Part shown: positions 30,505-42,753 of the stretch, in pieces
How the letters are laid out: each line of letters starts with the position of its first letter
How positions within the stretch are numbered: the first letter of the stretch is position 1
DNA from: an uncultured Pseudomonadota bacterium
GTDB lineage: Bacteria; Desulfobacterota; Binatia; Binatales; Binataceae
DNA: 64,000 nt
Direction: 5' to 3'
NCBI GenBank assembly: GCA_963824565.1
Contig: CAWGQB010000016.1
Location: forward strand, 152,337-216,336
Program-made: the position numbers and the translations under genes
Notes under the pieces: generated by a model
Database searches by the model: none
Told to the model about the DNA's origin: nothing
Seen by the model: only the letters and a program-made list of their open reading frames with translations

Positions 30505-31279
30505 ATGACGGAAGTGAAAAAACTCTTGATCGGCGTCCTGACCCTTTCCGTGCTGTGCGCCACCGGCGCACTGGCGGCCGGTCCTGCGGATCAACCCGGC
30601 CCGAATCCATCATCTCAGGCCAATTCAGGTCCTTCAGATCAGGTTACCTCCGAGACCTATTCCGATCCGTTGGCGCCGCTGAACGAAAAGATTTTCTGGT
30701 TCAACCTCAAGCTGGACAAATACGTGCTGCGCCCGGTGGCGACGGGTTATGCGGACGTGCTACCCGAGAATGTGCGCGTGCACATCGGAGATTTCTGGGA
30801 TAACGTCAATGTTATTCCGCGCTTTGCCAACAATCTGTTCCAGCTCAAGATGGCTTATGCCGGCGAAGAAGTGGGCCGCTTTTTTGTCAATAGTACGCTG
30901 GGCGGGGCCGGGTTCTTCGACGTTGCCGATCCGTGGTTCGGGTGGAAGCAGCACGATCAGGATTTCGGCCTGACGCTGGGCCATTACGGCGTCAGACATG
31001 GGTCCTTACCTGGTGCTGCCATTCTACGGGCCATCCTCGATTCGCGACGCTTTGGGCCGCGCTGTTGACGGCTCCATGAACCCGATGAGCTACACGCTTG
31101 CCTGGTATATTTCACTGCCCGTGCAAGCGGGCGCGACCGCGCTTTCGGCGGTCAACTACCGCTCTCTGAATCTGCAATTGTTCGAGGACGTCGATCGCTA
31201 CGCGGTCGATCTCTATGGCGCGGTGCAGGACGGCTATATCCAGTCGCGCAAGAAGCGCGAGGCGGAGACCACCTTCTAG
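30505..31279 (+). CDS. mlaA: MlaA/VacJ-family outer-membrane lipoprotein, with an apparent frameshift near 30990.
   Basis: Signal peptide MTEVKKLLIGVLTLSVLCATG. VacJ core (…PLNEKIFWFNLKLDKYVLRPVATGYADVLPENVR…FFVNSTLGGAGFFDVA…). The C-terminus continues in the 30998 frame. Confidence 0.75.
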
Positions 31280-31416
31280 AGGATATCTGCCTGACCTGCG
31301 GCCGGTAGCATCGCCGCAGAGCTACGAGTGGTCTTTTTTAGCGGGCGGGTGGCCGTCGGCAACGCGCCCGCTCTTTCGCATGTCGTAGCTTACAGGAATT
31401 ACAGAAAACCCGGGTT

Positions 31417-34226
31417 TCATTCTTCGGGGAGCTGCTCGTGCGGCTCGAACTGAAAGCGCTGGAAGCGCTCCGCGGCCCGATGGAACGAGCGCATCACCAG
31501 CGAGGTCCATCCGGTTTGATGACTGGCACCCAGGCCGCGTCCAGTATCGCCGTGGAAGTATTCATAGAACAGGACCAGATCCTTCCAATGCGGATCGGTG
31601 GCGAAACGTTGGTCATCGCCATGGCAAGGCCGGCGTCCGTTGGCGTCGGGCAGGAACGTGGTGCCGAACCGCCGCCCCAGTTCATGTGCGACTTCGATCA
31701 GGTTCAGCATGCGCCCGGAGCCGGTCGGACATTCGACTTTAAGGCCATCGCCATAGAACAGGTGATAGATTTCCAGCGCCTCGATCAGCAGGTAATTGAT
31801 CGGGAACCAGATCGGTCCCCGCCAGTTGGAATTGCCGCCAAACAGGGCGGTGTCCGACTCGCCCGGCTGGTATTCGACGCGGTACTCCTGCCCGCCGGCG
31901 GCGAATACGAACGGATGTTTGGCATGATACTTGGAGATCGACCGAATTCCATACGGTGACAGGAATTCCTCTTCGTCAAGCACGTAGCGCAGCACCCGGA
32001 CCAACTGTTCGCGCGTAGGAATCGCCAACAATACGCGCAGCGGCTGTCCCGTTTCGGGGTCCTCGATCACCGAAATGTGCTTCATCAGGTTGGGCCGCTT
32101 GCGCATGAACCAGCGGACTCGCCGGATTAGCTCAGGCAGTTTATTGATCACTTCGGTTTGTATAATCGTGGCCGCCAGCACCGGGATCAGTCCCACCATC
32201 GAGCGGACTTTGAGCGGGATTTTGGTTCGGTCGACCACCAGGTGGTCGTAATAAAAGCCGTCCTCTTCGCTCCAAAGTCCTTCTCCGGCGATTTTGTTGA
32301 TCGCGGAGACGATCGAGGTGAAATGCTCGAAGAACTTGTATGCGATCTCTTCGTAAGCCGGATCGTAATAGGCCATTTCGATCGCGATGCTGAGCAGGTC
32401 GGCGCAGAAGAAGGCCATCCACGCGGTCCCGTCGGCCTGTTGCAACTGGCCTCCGGTGGGTAGCGGCTTGGAGCGATCAAACGCGCCGATGTTGTCCAGG
32501 CCGAGGAAGCCGCCGGCGAAAATATTCTTGCCCTCGGGGTCCTTGCGGTTGACCCACCAGGTGAATCCCAGCAGCAGCTTCTGAAAGGCGCGTGACAGAA
32601 AGAGACGGTCTGCCTCCCCTTCGCGCATCAGGATTCGTTTGTAGAGCCGGAACGCGGCCCATGCGTGGACCGGAGGGTTGACGTCACCGAACGCCCATTC
32701 GTAGGCGGGAACTTGCCCGTTGGGATGCATGAAGCGCGCGGACATCACCAGTTCAAGCTGCCGCTTGGCGAAGTCTTCGTCGAGCGCCGAGTATGACATC
32801 GTATGGAATGCCAGGTCCCAGGCCGCGAACCACGGATATTCCCACTTGTCGGGCATCGACATGACGTCGCGGCAGTACAAGTGCCCCCAATCGTGATTGC
32901 GCCCCTCGAGGCGCTCGGGCGGGGGCGGCGGCTGCGACGGGTCGCCTTCGAGCCAATCACTGACGATAAAGTGATAAAACTGGCAACTCCAGATCAGTCC
33001 CGCCGCGGCCTGACGCATAACCTTGTTTTCCTCGTCGGTGAAGATCGGGGGCGGGGGGTTGGCGGCGTCCGGTCCGTTGCGTGCCCGGCATGCGAAACCG
33101 CGGCTTGGTCGATGTAAAGATACTCCACCGAGCGCCGGGTCTGCGTCGTAGAATTCGTCCGCTTCCCGCTTTCTTTGGGCGAAGGTTTCATCGAAGTTGC
33201 TCGCGAATGGCTGCGTGCCCGCTTCGTCGGCGGCCGTAAGCCGCAACCGAACGCACGCCTGGTCGCCCGCGGGCACCTCAAGCCGGTACCACACGGCGGC
33301 TTTGGTGCCGGTGCACTCGGGATTTATTGCCTCGCGCTCGCTGTTGATGACATAGCGATGAAAGGCGTCCTTGACGTAGTTCTGCGCCCCCTTCCGCGCC
33401 CCACAGCCGCGTGGTGTTGGTCTCATTCTCGGTGAAGAGCCACTCCGGGAGGCTTGGTCCGGGAAGTGGCTCCGGACAAAAAACATAGTTTCCAAGCGCT
33501 TCGTGTTCGGCGCGCACCGCCGCCGGATCCGCCTGCCACAGGACTGGCCGGGGCCAGTAATCGTCGCCATCGCGCCCCCATGACCAGGTATTGCGAAAAC
33601 CACAGGGTAGGCAGCAAGTGAAGTTTGGCGGCGTCGGGACCGCGATTGCAGGCCGTGATCCTGATGAGGATGTCCTCGGGCGACGCCTTCGCATACTCGA
33701 CAAAGACATCGAAGTAGCGGTTGTCCTCGAACACTCCGGTGTCGACCAGTTCGAATTCGCGCTCGTTGCGGCCGCAGCGGCGGTTTTCTTCCACCAGCCG
33801 CGCGTAAGGAAATTCGGCTTGAGGATACTTTTACAGGGCTTTTAGATAGGATGCCGTGGGTGTGGCGTCGAGGTGGAAATAGCATTCCTTGACGTCTTCG
33901 CCATGATTCCCCTCGTTTCCCGTCAGACCGAACAGGCGCTCTTTGAGGATCGGATCGCGGCCGTTCCACAATGCCACCGCGAAGCACAGGCGGCATCGGC
34001 GATCGCAGATACCGAGCAAGCCGTCCTCACCCCATCGATAGGCGCGGCTGCGTGCGTGATCGTGAGGAAAGTACTCCCAGGCGGTTCCACCGGGCGAATA
34101 GTCTTCGCGGACCGTGGCCCATTGGCGGTCAGAGAGAAACGGACCCCATCGCCGCCAGGCTTCGTTAGGGCCCATCCCGGTGGTCAGGCGGATATATTCG
34201 GCATCATGGCGGAGACTACGGCTCAT
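31417..34226 (-). CDS. GH63-like six-hairpin glycoside hydrolase (processing alpha-glucosidase, mannosyl- or glucosyl-glycerate hydrolase family), ~930 aa reconstructed, with ≥3 apparent frameshifts.
   Basis: N-terminal beta-sandwich in the 34226 frame (…[21 protein letters not shown]…). Middle parts in the 33794 and 33709 frames. Catalytic (alpha/alpha)6 domain in the 33996 frame (…[17 protein letters not shown]…[22 protein letters not shown]…). The N-terminal ~150 aa of the 859-aa ORF are low-complexity read-through. Confidence 0.7.
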
Positions 34227-34379
34227 CTTTTTCTCTCAGTCTGTTCAACCGCCGCAGTGCCGGATCGGAGCGCATTTCAGGCCCTCGGCAGCCTGCGGAA
34301 AAACGGCGTAATGCAGCCTACTCCGTCAAGGCGGGCTCTCCCAGAGGTATGGTCCACGTTTTGGCGAGCGGTTAAGAGA

Positions 34380-36317
<1,938 letters not shown>

Positions 36318-36548
36318 TTCGCAGTGACTCTTTCGATAATCCCGTCAATTCGCGGAGAATGGAGGTGATTTTCAGCCGGGCGCAAGGCTTCGCCCGGCCG
36401 GCGCCTATCCCGTGTATCTAAACACATGATTCTATCGGTTTGGGCGAGCTTAAGAAAGTTCTCCCGATGGCGTTATGGTTGTGCGATGGTGACTTACCAA
36501 AGCGGCCGGGGTTATGTCACACTGTCTGGATCGGGAGAAAGAGAAGAA

Positions 36549-36890
36549 ATGCCGGCAGTCCATTGCAACGATCGGGTCCTGGTTGTCGACCGGAAGCATT
36601 TTCGCGACGACGTCACCAATATGTTTGTCGGCGTGGTGGAAGATTACGAAGACGGTTTCGTCCGCGCACGCGGCTACGCTTACCACATACATCCATACGA
36701 GATGGGCAACGAGCGGCGTGCCGAGGAGCGCGTACGCGTCTTTTCGTTGAATTCGGGCGATGTGATCTATCTGCTGCCGCGCGAGCTGAATATTGGGCAA
36801 ATCCAGATCAAGCGTTCGCCCAAGACGTTGATACTGGCCGACGGGCAATCATTCACGATGGATCTGACCGATTGCCTCGCGCGGGTGTGA
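36549..36890 (+). CDS. Hypothetical protein, ~113 aa.
   Basis: GGGAGAAAGAGAAG purine-rich ribosome-binding site before the ATG at 36549. No recognisable family. Confidence 0.4.
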   Translation: MPAVHCNDRVLVVDRKHFRDDVTNMFVGVVEDYEDGFVRARGYAYHIHPYEMGNERRAEERVRVFSLNSGDVIYLLPRELNIGQIQIKRSPKTLILADGQSFTMDLTDCLARV

Positions 36891-36893
36891 GCA

Positions 36894-37802
36894 TCATTCC
36901 GGCGACTGGCGTTGGACCTGGCTCCGTTTGGCGGAGCGTAGTGCGCGGATGAACTCAAGCATCGCCGCGGCGGTGCCTTCGGGGTTGTCCAGCGGCACAT
37001 GATGATAAGCGCGCGGAATTTCTTTGAGGATTGAGCCCTTGATCTTGCGACGCATCCAGCGCGAGCGGCGGGGGCTGAGCAGGGTGCTTTGCGCGCCACG
37101 CAAGATCAGCGTCGGGGTCTTGACCTTGCGCACGCTGGGCAGCGTCACCTTGGCGCGTTCGCGCCATCGGCGCGTTTGCGGGTCGAAACAAAACGCCCAG
37201 CGTCCATTGGGCAATTGCACTGCGCTTTTGATTCCGAGTTCCGCTAGCGCTTCCCGAGACAGATAAGTGCCCTCTGGATGGAGCCGGAAGCGGCGGATGA
37301 TGTCGTCCGCCGACGGCAGTTCCGGTCGCGGTCTGCTCTTGGCCCGCTGTTGCCATTGCCACTGCCATTTGCGCCAGAACGGCGGTGGACCGCCGCGGCT
37401 GTCGACCACGATCAGGCCTTCGAGCAACTCCGGATGGAGCGCCGCGACCCACAGCACGACCGCGCCACCCATCGAATGCCCAACCAGCATTACCGGAACG
37501 CCAAGATGCTTCAGAAAGGCCTCAACGTCCTCGATATAGCCGGCGGGTCCATAATCGGGCGCTGACGCCCACTGGCTGTGGCCATGGCCGCGAAAGTCCA
37601 GCGCCAGAACTTGGCCCTCGCCGGTGAGCAGCGGCGCAACCATGTCCCACCAATGAAGATTGGCGGAGCCGCCATGGATTAGAACCGTAATGCCCTTGGC
37701 CGGGTCGCCTCCCCAATCCGCGTAATGGAGCTTGACGCCGTTGAGCGTGACGAATTTGCTAGTCGGCTCCGGTACAGCGGTCGCCGCTACTTGTGATGCC
37801 AT
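36894..37802 (-). CDS. Alpha/beta-hydrolase fold protein.
   Basis: HGGSANLHWW oxyanion region, nucleophile elbow GHSMGG, 302 aa. Confidence 0.8.
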   Translation of the reverse strand: MASQVAATAVPEPTSKFVTLNGVKLHYADWGGDPAKGITVLIHGGSANLHWWDMVAPLLTGEGQVLALDFRGHGHSQWASAPDYGPAGYIEDVEAFLKHLGVPVMLVGHSMGGAVVLWVAALHPELLEGLIVVDSRGGPPPFWRKWQWQWQQRAKSRPRPELPSADDIIRRFRLHPEGTYLSREALAELGIKSAVQLPNGRWAFCFDPQTRRWRERAKVTLPSVRKVKTPTLILRGAQSTLLSPRRSRWMRRKIKGSILKEIPRAYHHVPLDNPEGTAAAMLEFIRALRSAKRSQVQRQSPE

Positions 37803-37923
37803 CGCGGCAATTTTAGCCGCTGGGATCCGGCGAGACTACCGCAACTTTGGACGAACCGTCAGGCGGGGGCGATGATTCGCACCGGCGGTGCGGATATATT
37901 TTTATTAGAGGTCGGCCGGAGAG

Positions 37924-38370
37924 ATGGAGCCCAGTATAAGCAGACGTGTTCAGGGTGCATCGAGGCGGCGCGGCGCGTGGCTGCGGATTGCGGTTGCCGC
38001 CGCGGTGTTTGTCCTTGCGATGATTCCAGGATTGACTCCGGCGCAAGAGGAAGAGAGTCCCACTCCGATGGCGACGCCGGACATGATGATGATCCTGCCG
38101 TCGGTCGCCATTTATCCCGATCCGCCTCGTGGACCGGCGCCACTGGTAGCCGGCTTCGTGCCCGAGATCCACGATCCTTCCAATTCAGAGATCGTCTTTT
38201 ATAAATGGAATTTCGGCGACGGCCACGTCGCGACTACGCCACCGCTCATCACCTACAATACCTTCGCCAACCCGGGCCTGTACGTTGTGTCGCTCACAAT
38301 CGTAACCGCGGACGGCCGTTCGGCAACGGGCTTTACCAGCGTCAGCGTGGACGCGCCGGTAAGCGAATGA
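37924..38370 (+). CDS. Secreted PKD-domain protein.
   Basis: N-terminal signal/transmembrane segment (LRIAVAAAVFVLAMIPGL). PKD-like signature WNFGDG…YNTFANPGLYVVSLTIVTADGRS. Confidence 0.65.
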   Translation: MEPSISRRVQGASRRRGAWLRIAVAAAVFVLAMIPGLTPAQEEESPTPMATPDMMMILPSVAIYPDPPRGPAPLVAGFVPEIHDPSNSEIVFYKWNFGDGHVATTPPLITYNTFANPGLYVVSLTIVTADGRSATGFTSVSVDAPVSE

Positions 38371-38391
38371 AGCGGCGTGAACTAATGCCCC

Positions 38392-38893
38392 GTGCCCGCT
38401 ATGCCCACTATGCGACGTTCTTTGATCATGGCCGCATCGGTGATCGGCTGCGCCGTTGCGGCGGCCGGATGTGGCGGCGCTCAATTGCAGGAGATGCAAA
38501 ACCAGGTTAATGCGCAGCAGGCGCAGATCGAGAAACAGGCTCGCGAGATTGCGGAACTGAATGCGCAACAGAACGTCGCGACTACCCTGCCGCCTCCCGG
38601 GAACTGCGATGACGATGTTATGCACAAGGCACTGGCGCATGGCGACGACCAGTATGCGCAAGGCAAATATAACCTCGCGCTGGGCTATTATCAGGACGCC
38701 GGGGTCGCGTGTCCCGGGGAACCCGCAGGTCGAGACCAGCCTTGGCGCGAGCTTACGAAAAGCTGGGCGATTCGCAGGAAGCCGCGCGTCATTATCAGAA
38801 GGCGCGCGACGGCCACCGCGGCGACTCCGTGAACCAGATCCAAACGGCGGGGGACTGGAGGCGATGCGGCACCGAAACCGCAACGGCGCCTAG
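38392..38893 (+). CDS. Small lipoprotein with coiled-coil and TPR-like segments. Frameshifted, and the 3' end is uncertain.
   Basis: Signal peptide with lipobox VIGC. QQAQIEKQAREIAELNAQQ coiled-coil. …YNLALGYYQDAGVACPGNPQVETSLARAYEKLGDSQEAARHYQKA is split over two frames. Confidence 0.45.
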
Positions 38894-39028
38894 ACGGATT
38901 GAACGAGCGTTCGGTCCATGCGCGAACCAGGTTTTCAAATTCCTTTGGCCCGCCGCTGCGCTTGTCCAAGTGCGGCGCGCATGCTATCCGAACACCACAG
39001 TCCGATCCCTTACAGGAAGGTCAGCCAG

Positions 39029-40160
39029 ATGGATTTCGGCTTTAGCAAAGAGCAGGAGATGTTGCGCGAAAGCGCGCGCGGCCTGCTGGAAAAAGAATGT
39101 CCCTCCACGGTGGTGCGCAAACTTATGGAGGACGAGACCGGCTATTCGTCCGAGTTCTGGAAGAAAATGGCGGAACTCGGATGGCTCGGACTCGGTGGTT
39201 CCCGAAGCCTACGGCGGTTCCGGGCTGAATTACATCGACCTGGTGGTGGTGCTGGAAGAGATGGGCAAGGTTGTGCTTCCCTCGCCGTTTGTCTGGACGG
39301 TGTTATTTGGTGAGGCCATCGCCCGCGCCGGCAGTGACAGCATCAAGCAGAAATTGTTGCCGAAAATCGCCGCCGGTGAGTTGATCGGGACGCTGGCTTA
39401 CCTGGAGCCTTCGGGAGACTGGGATTTGGCCGCAATCTCGACTGCAGCCAAGAAAAGCGGCAAGGACTTCGTGCTGGACGGCACCAAGCTTTACGTCAAC
39501 GATGGCCATATTGCCGACTACTTCCTGGTGGCGGCGCGTACCGGCGGCAAAGGCCTGGATGGGATCACACTGTTCGCGATCGATCGCGCACGCGCCGGAG
39601 TCACGGTCAATAAGCTCAAGACCATGGATCAGACTCGCAAGCTGGCGGAAGTGGTATTCGCCAACTTCAAGGCGTCGGCTGACGACGTGGTGGGCGAAGT
39701 GGGCAAGGGCGGCAAGGTGCTGAGCGAAGTGATCGACCGCGGTAAGGTGGCGCTGGCCGCCGAGATGGTAGGCGGCGCGCAGAAAGTGCTCGACATGTCG
39801 GTCGATTACGCCAAGGTGCGCGAGCAGTTCGGCCGGCCAATCGGGAGTTTCCAGGCGATTCAGCACAAGTGCGCCAACATGCTGATCGACGTCGAGAACG
39901 CGCGTTCGGTGGCCTATTACGCGGCCTGGGCGGTAAGCAACGAAGTGCCCGATGCGGCGCTGGCCGCGGCCACCGCAAAGGCCGCCGCGTCCGACAGTTA
40001 CCGGCGCGTTGCCGGTGAAGGAATCCAGGTCCACGGCGGCATCGGCTTCACCTGGGAACACGATATGCATCTGTATTTCAAGCGCGCGAAATCGACCGAG
40101 TTTACTTTCGGTGACGCGACTTTCAACCGGGAATTGGTGGCGCAACTGTTCGGACTCTGA
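39029..40160 (+). CDS. Acyl-CoA dehydrogenase family protein, with an apparent frameshift near 39190.
   Basis: MDFGFSKEQEMLRESARGLLEKEC… N-terminal alpha-domain in the 38918 frame. The rest, in the 38709 frame, ends in the C-terminal four-helix bundle …GEGIQVHGGIGFTWEHDMHLYFKRAK. Confidence 0.85.
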
Positions 40161-40168
40161 GCATCCGG

Positions 40169-40633
40169 ATGGTCGACAAGAGCTTCATCGGGTTGACCAG
40201 TCGCACCTTCCGCATGCCGATCGAGTGGAGCAAGGTGCGGGAATTCGCGCTCGCGATAAAGGATCCCAATCCCGCTTACCACGATCCCGACTATGCGCGG
40301 CGGGTGCATGGTGGAATCCCAATTCCGCCGACCTTTCTTATGACCAGCCTGGCATGGGAAATCCCTGACTGGGAGTCGGGAAAGGTCGTGCAACTGGACT
40401 ATGGCAACGGCGTTCACGGCGAGCAGGAGTTCGAGCTGCTAAAGCCGATCGTGGTCGGCGATGTTCTCAGTTGGACCCAGCGTATCGCCGACATCCATGA
40501 AAAGGACGGCGGACGCGGTGGGAGGATGAAGTTCGCGATCGTTGAGGGAAATTACAGCAATCAGCGCGGCGAAACGGTGGCAATATCGCGTTGCGTGCTG
40601 ATCGAGTTTCCACCCAAACCCAAGGCCGCTTGA
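40169..40633 (+). CDS. MaoC-N/hotdog-fold protein (HadA-like, non-catalytic dehydratase partner).
   Basis: 154 aa in the MaoC_dehydrat_N family (…FALAIKDPNPAYHDPDYARR…), directly upstream of a MaoC dehydratase. Confidence 0.7.
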   Translation: MVDKSFIGLTSRTFRMPIEWSKVREFALAIKDPNPAYHDPDYARRVHGGIPIPPTFLMTSLAWEIPDWESGKVVQLDYGNGVHGEQEFELLKPIVVGDVLSWTQRIADIHEKDGGRGGRMKFAIVEGNYSNQRGETVAISRCVLIEFPPKPKAA

Positions 40634-40664
40634 CCCGAGACCTTTTTGAGCGGAGCCTCCGGCG

Positions 40665-41087
40665 ATGGCGGCTAAGATCAGTTACCAGGACGTCAAGGTT
40701 GGTGATGCGCTACCCCAACTGGCGATCGGCCCGTTGACGCGGCAGGACATCGTCCAATACGCGGGTGCGGCGTGGGATTTTTCGCCCCTGCATTACGACC
40801 AGCCCTTCGTCGAAGCAGCGGGCCTGCCGATGGTGGTGGTGATGGGCATGTTCACGGCCGGGATGGCGTCGCGATGCATCACGGATTACGCCGGGGCGGG
40901 TCAAGTGCGCGATTACAAGGTTCGCTTCGTGGCCCGGATCTATCCGGGCGACACCATCACTTGTTCAGGCAAAGTGACGCGCAAGTTCGAGGCCGATGGG
41001 GAGCGGCTGGTTGAAGGTGAACTGATTGTCACCAACCAGAAGGCCGAGGTGGCGATTACCGGTTCGTTTCGGGCGGCGGTCGGTTGA
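40665..41087 (+). CDS. MaoC-like (R)-specific enoyl-CoA hydratase / dehydratase (HadB-like).
   Basis: 140-aa hotdog with the hydratase-2 motif (…AGAAWDFSPLHYDQPFVEAAGLPMVV…). Confidence 0.75.
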   Translation: MAAKISYQDVKVGDALPQLAIGPLTRQDIVQYAGAAWDFSPLHYDQPFVEAAGLPMVVVMGMFTAGMASRCITDYAGAGQVRDYKVRFVARIYPGDTITCSGKVTRKFEADGERLVEGELIVTNQKAEVAITGSFRAAVG

Positions 41088-41285
41088 GCCTTGCACCTGG
41101 AGAAGTTTTTGCATTCTTGACCTTTTCTCCGTGCGGAGGAGATAAAGTGGCAGAGCAGGCTGTGAATATCGTTTGTCAATCGCCTGCACTTTGCCGGTTG
41201 GCTGACGCTATAATTATCGCAAAAGAGATGCGGCGTTGAGAGATTTTCCGGAGGGCTGACGCCGCGTTGGTACAAAACAGCTACG

Positions 41286-42751
41286 ATGGCAGCAGAGCAA
41301 AAACGTTACATAATCATTCATGGTCATTTCTATCAGCCGCCTCGGGAAAGCCCCTGGACCGGGCTGATCACACCGGAGCCCAGCGCGGCCCCGTTTCCCA
41401 ACTGGAACGAACGAATTCTCAGTGAGAGTTACGCGGCCAACGCGCGCGCCCACACCATGGACGGGCCGGTGGTGCGGATTAGCAACAATTACCAGTTTCT
41501 GAGCTTCGATTTCGGTCCCACTCTGATTGCCTGGATGGCGCGCCACGGCACCTCGGTCTACCGCTCGGTGATTCGTGCTGACGCGATGAGTATCGAAGGC
41601 AACGACGGGCACGGCAACGCGGTCGCCCAGTCCTACAACCATTCGATCCTGCCGCTGCTCGCGAAGGCGGACAAGGAAATCCAAATCGCCTGGGGGATCG
41701 AGGATTTCGCCTTCCGCTTTGGGCGCGCGCCCGAGGGCATGTGGCTCCCCGAATGCGCCGCCGACGACGCCACGCTGGAGGCGGTGGCCCGTGCGGGAAT
41801 CAAGTTCGTTATCCTTGCCCCATGGCAAGGCCAGTTCCGGACCGCTGATGGCTCTGATCGCAATACGGCCGGACCGTTTATCTGGCGCAGCGGCGACCTC
41901 AGCCTGGGGGTGTTTCGCTTCGACTCCGACCTGGCGGGATTCGTTTCTTTCGGTGACGCCTTGACCGACGGCGCCCGGTTGGCGGAATCGATCGTGACGC
42001 GCGCGCTGTCGCAACCTCCCGGCGCGGTACTGCTGATAGCAACCGACGGTGAGACCTTCGGCCATCACAAGAAGGCCGGCGCGGCCGAATTGGCGCGGGC
42101 GCTGGCGATGCTCGCCGGACACGAAGAGCTGGAGCTTACCAACTGCGCCCGGGTGATGAGCTTGGGGTCAGGAGGTGGGAACCTTCGAGATTGAGCGCGC
42201 CGACCTCGTGGAGTTGCTCGCACGGCGTGGAGCGCTGGCGTTCGGACTGCGGATGCCGCATGGCGGGGGACAGCAGCCAGCATTGGCGTCAGCCCCTGCG
42301 CGACGCGGTGGAGTTCGTCAAACGCCACGTCGATTCGCTGTATGCGACGATGGCCGCTGAACTGATCGCCGACCCGCACGAGGCGCTCAGGCGCTCGATC
42401 CGCCCGGCGATCGACCCCGATCCCGCCGCCGGCGAGGAATTCTTTGCCCGCTATGGGCTGAGCGATGAAGCCGCCCGCAACAAGCTGTCGAATCTGCTCG
42501 AAATGCATCGTGCGGCACACGCGGCGTTCACCAGTTGCGGATGGTTTTTCGACGATTTCGGCGGGCTCGAAGGCCGCATCGTGCTGCGGTGGGTGGCGCG
42601 GGCCGTGGAACTGGCCGCCTGGTATGCGCCCAGCATCGAGCCGGAACTGCTCGACCGGCTGCGCGCGATCCATTCCAACCGGCGCGATATAGCCGACGCC
42701 GCTACACTATATCTGAGCCTCAAAACGCGCGAGGCGCGCGGGAGGATTTAG
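41286..42751 (+). CDS. Glycoside hydrolase family 57 protein with a DUF3536 C-terminal domain, with an apparent frameshift near 42185.
   Basis: [14 protein letters not shown] hallmark of GH57. The C-terminal part in the 42191 frame carries [14 protein letters not shown] (DUF3536). Confidence 0.75.
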
Positions 42752-42753
42752 CC

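Noticed and set aside
31417-31950. N-terminal ~180 aa of the 859-aa ORF ([16 protein letters not shown]…).
   Set aside because: Low-complexity Arg/Pro-rich sequence upstream of where the GH63 frame joins from other frames. It is read-through, not a domain.
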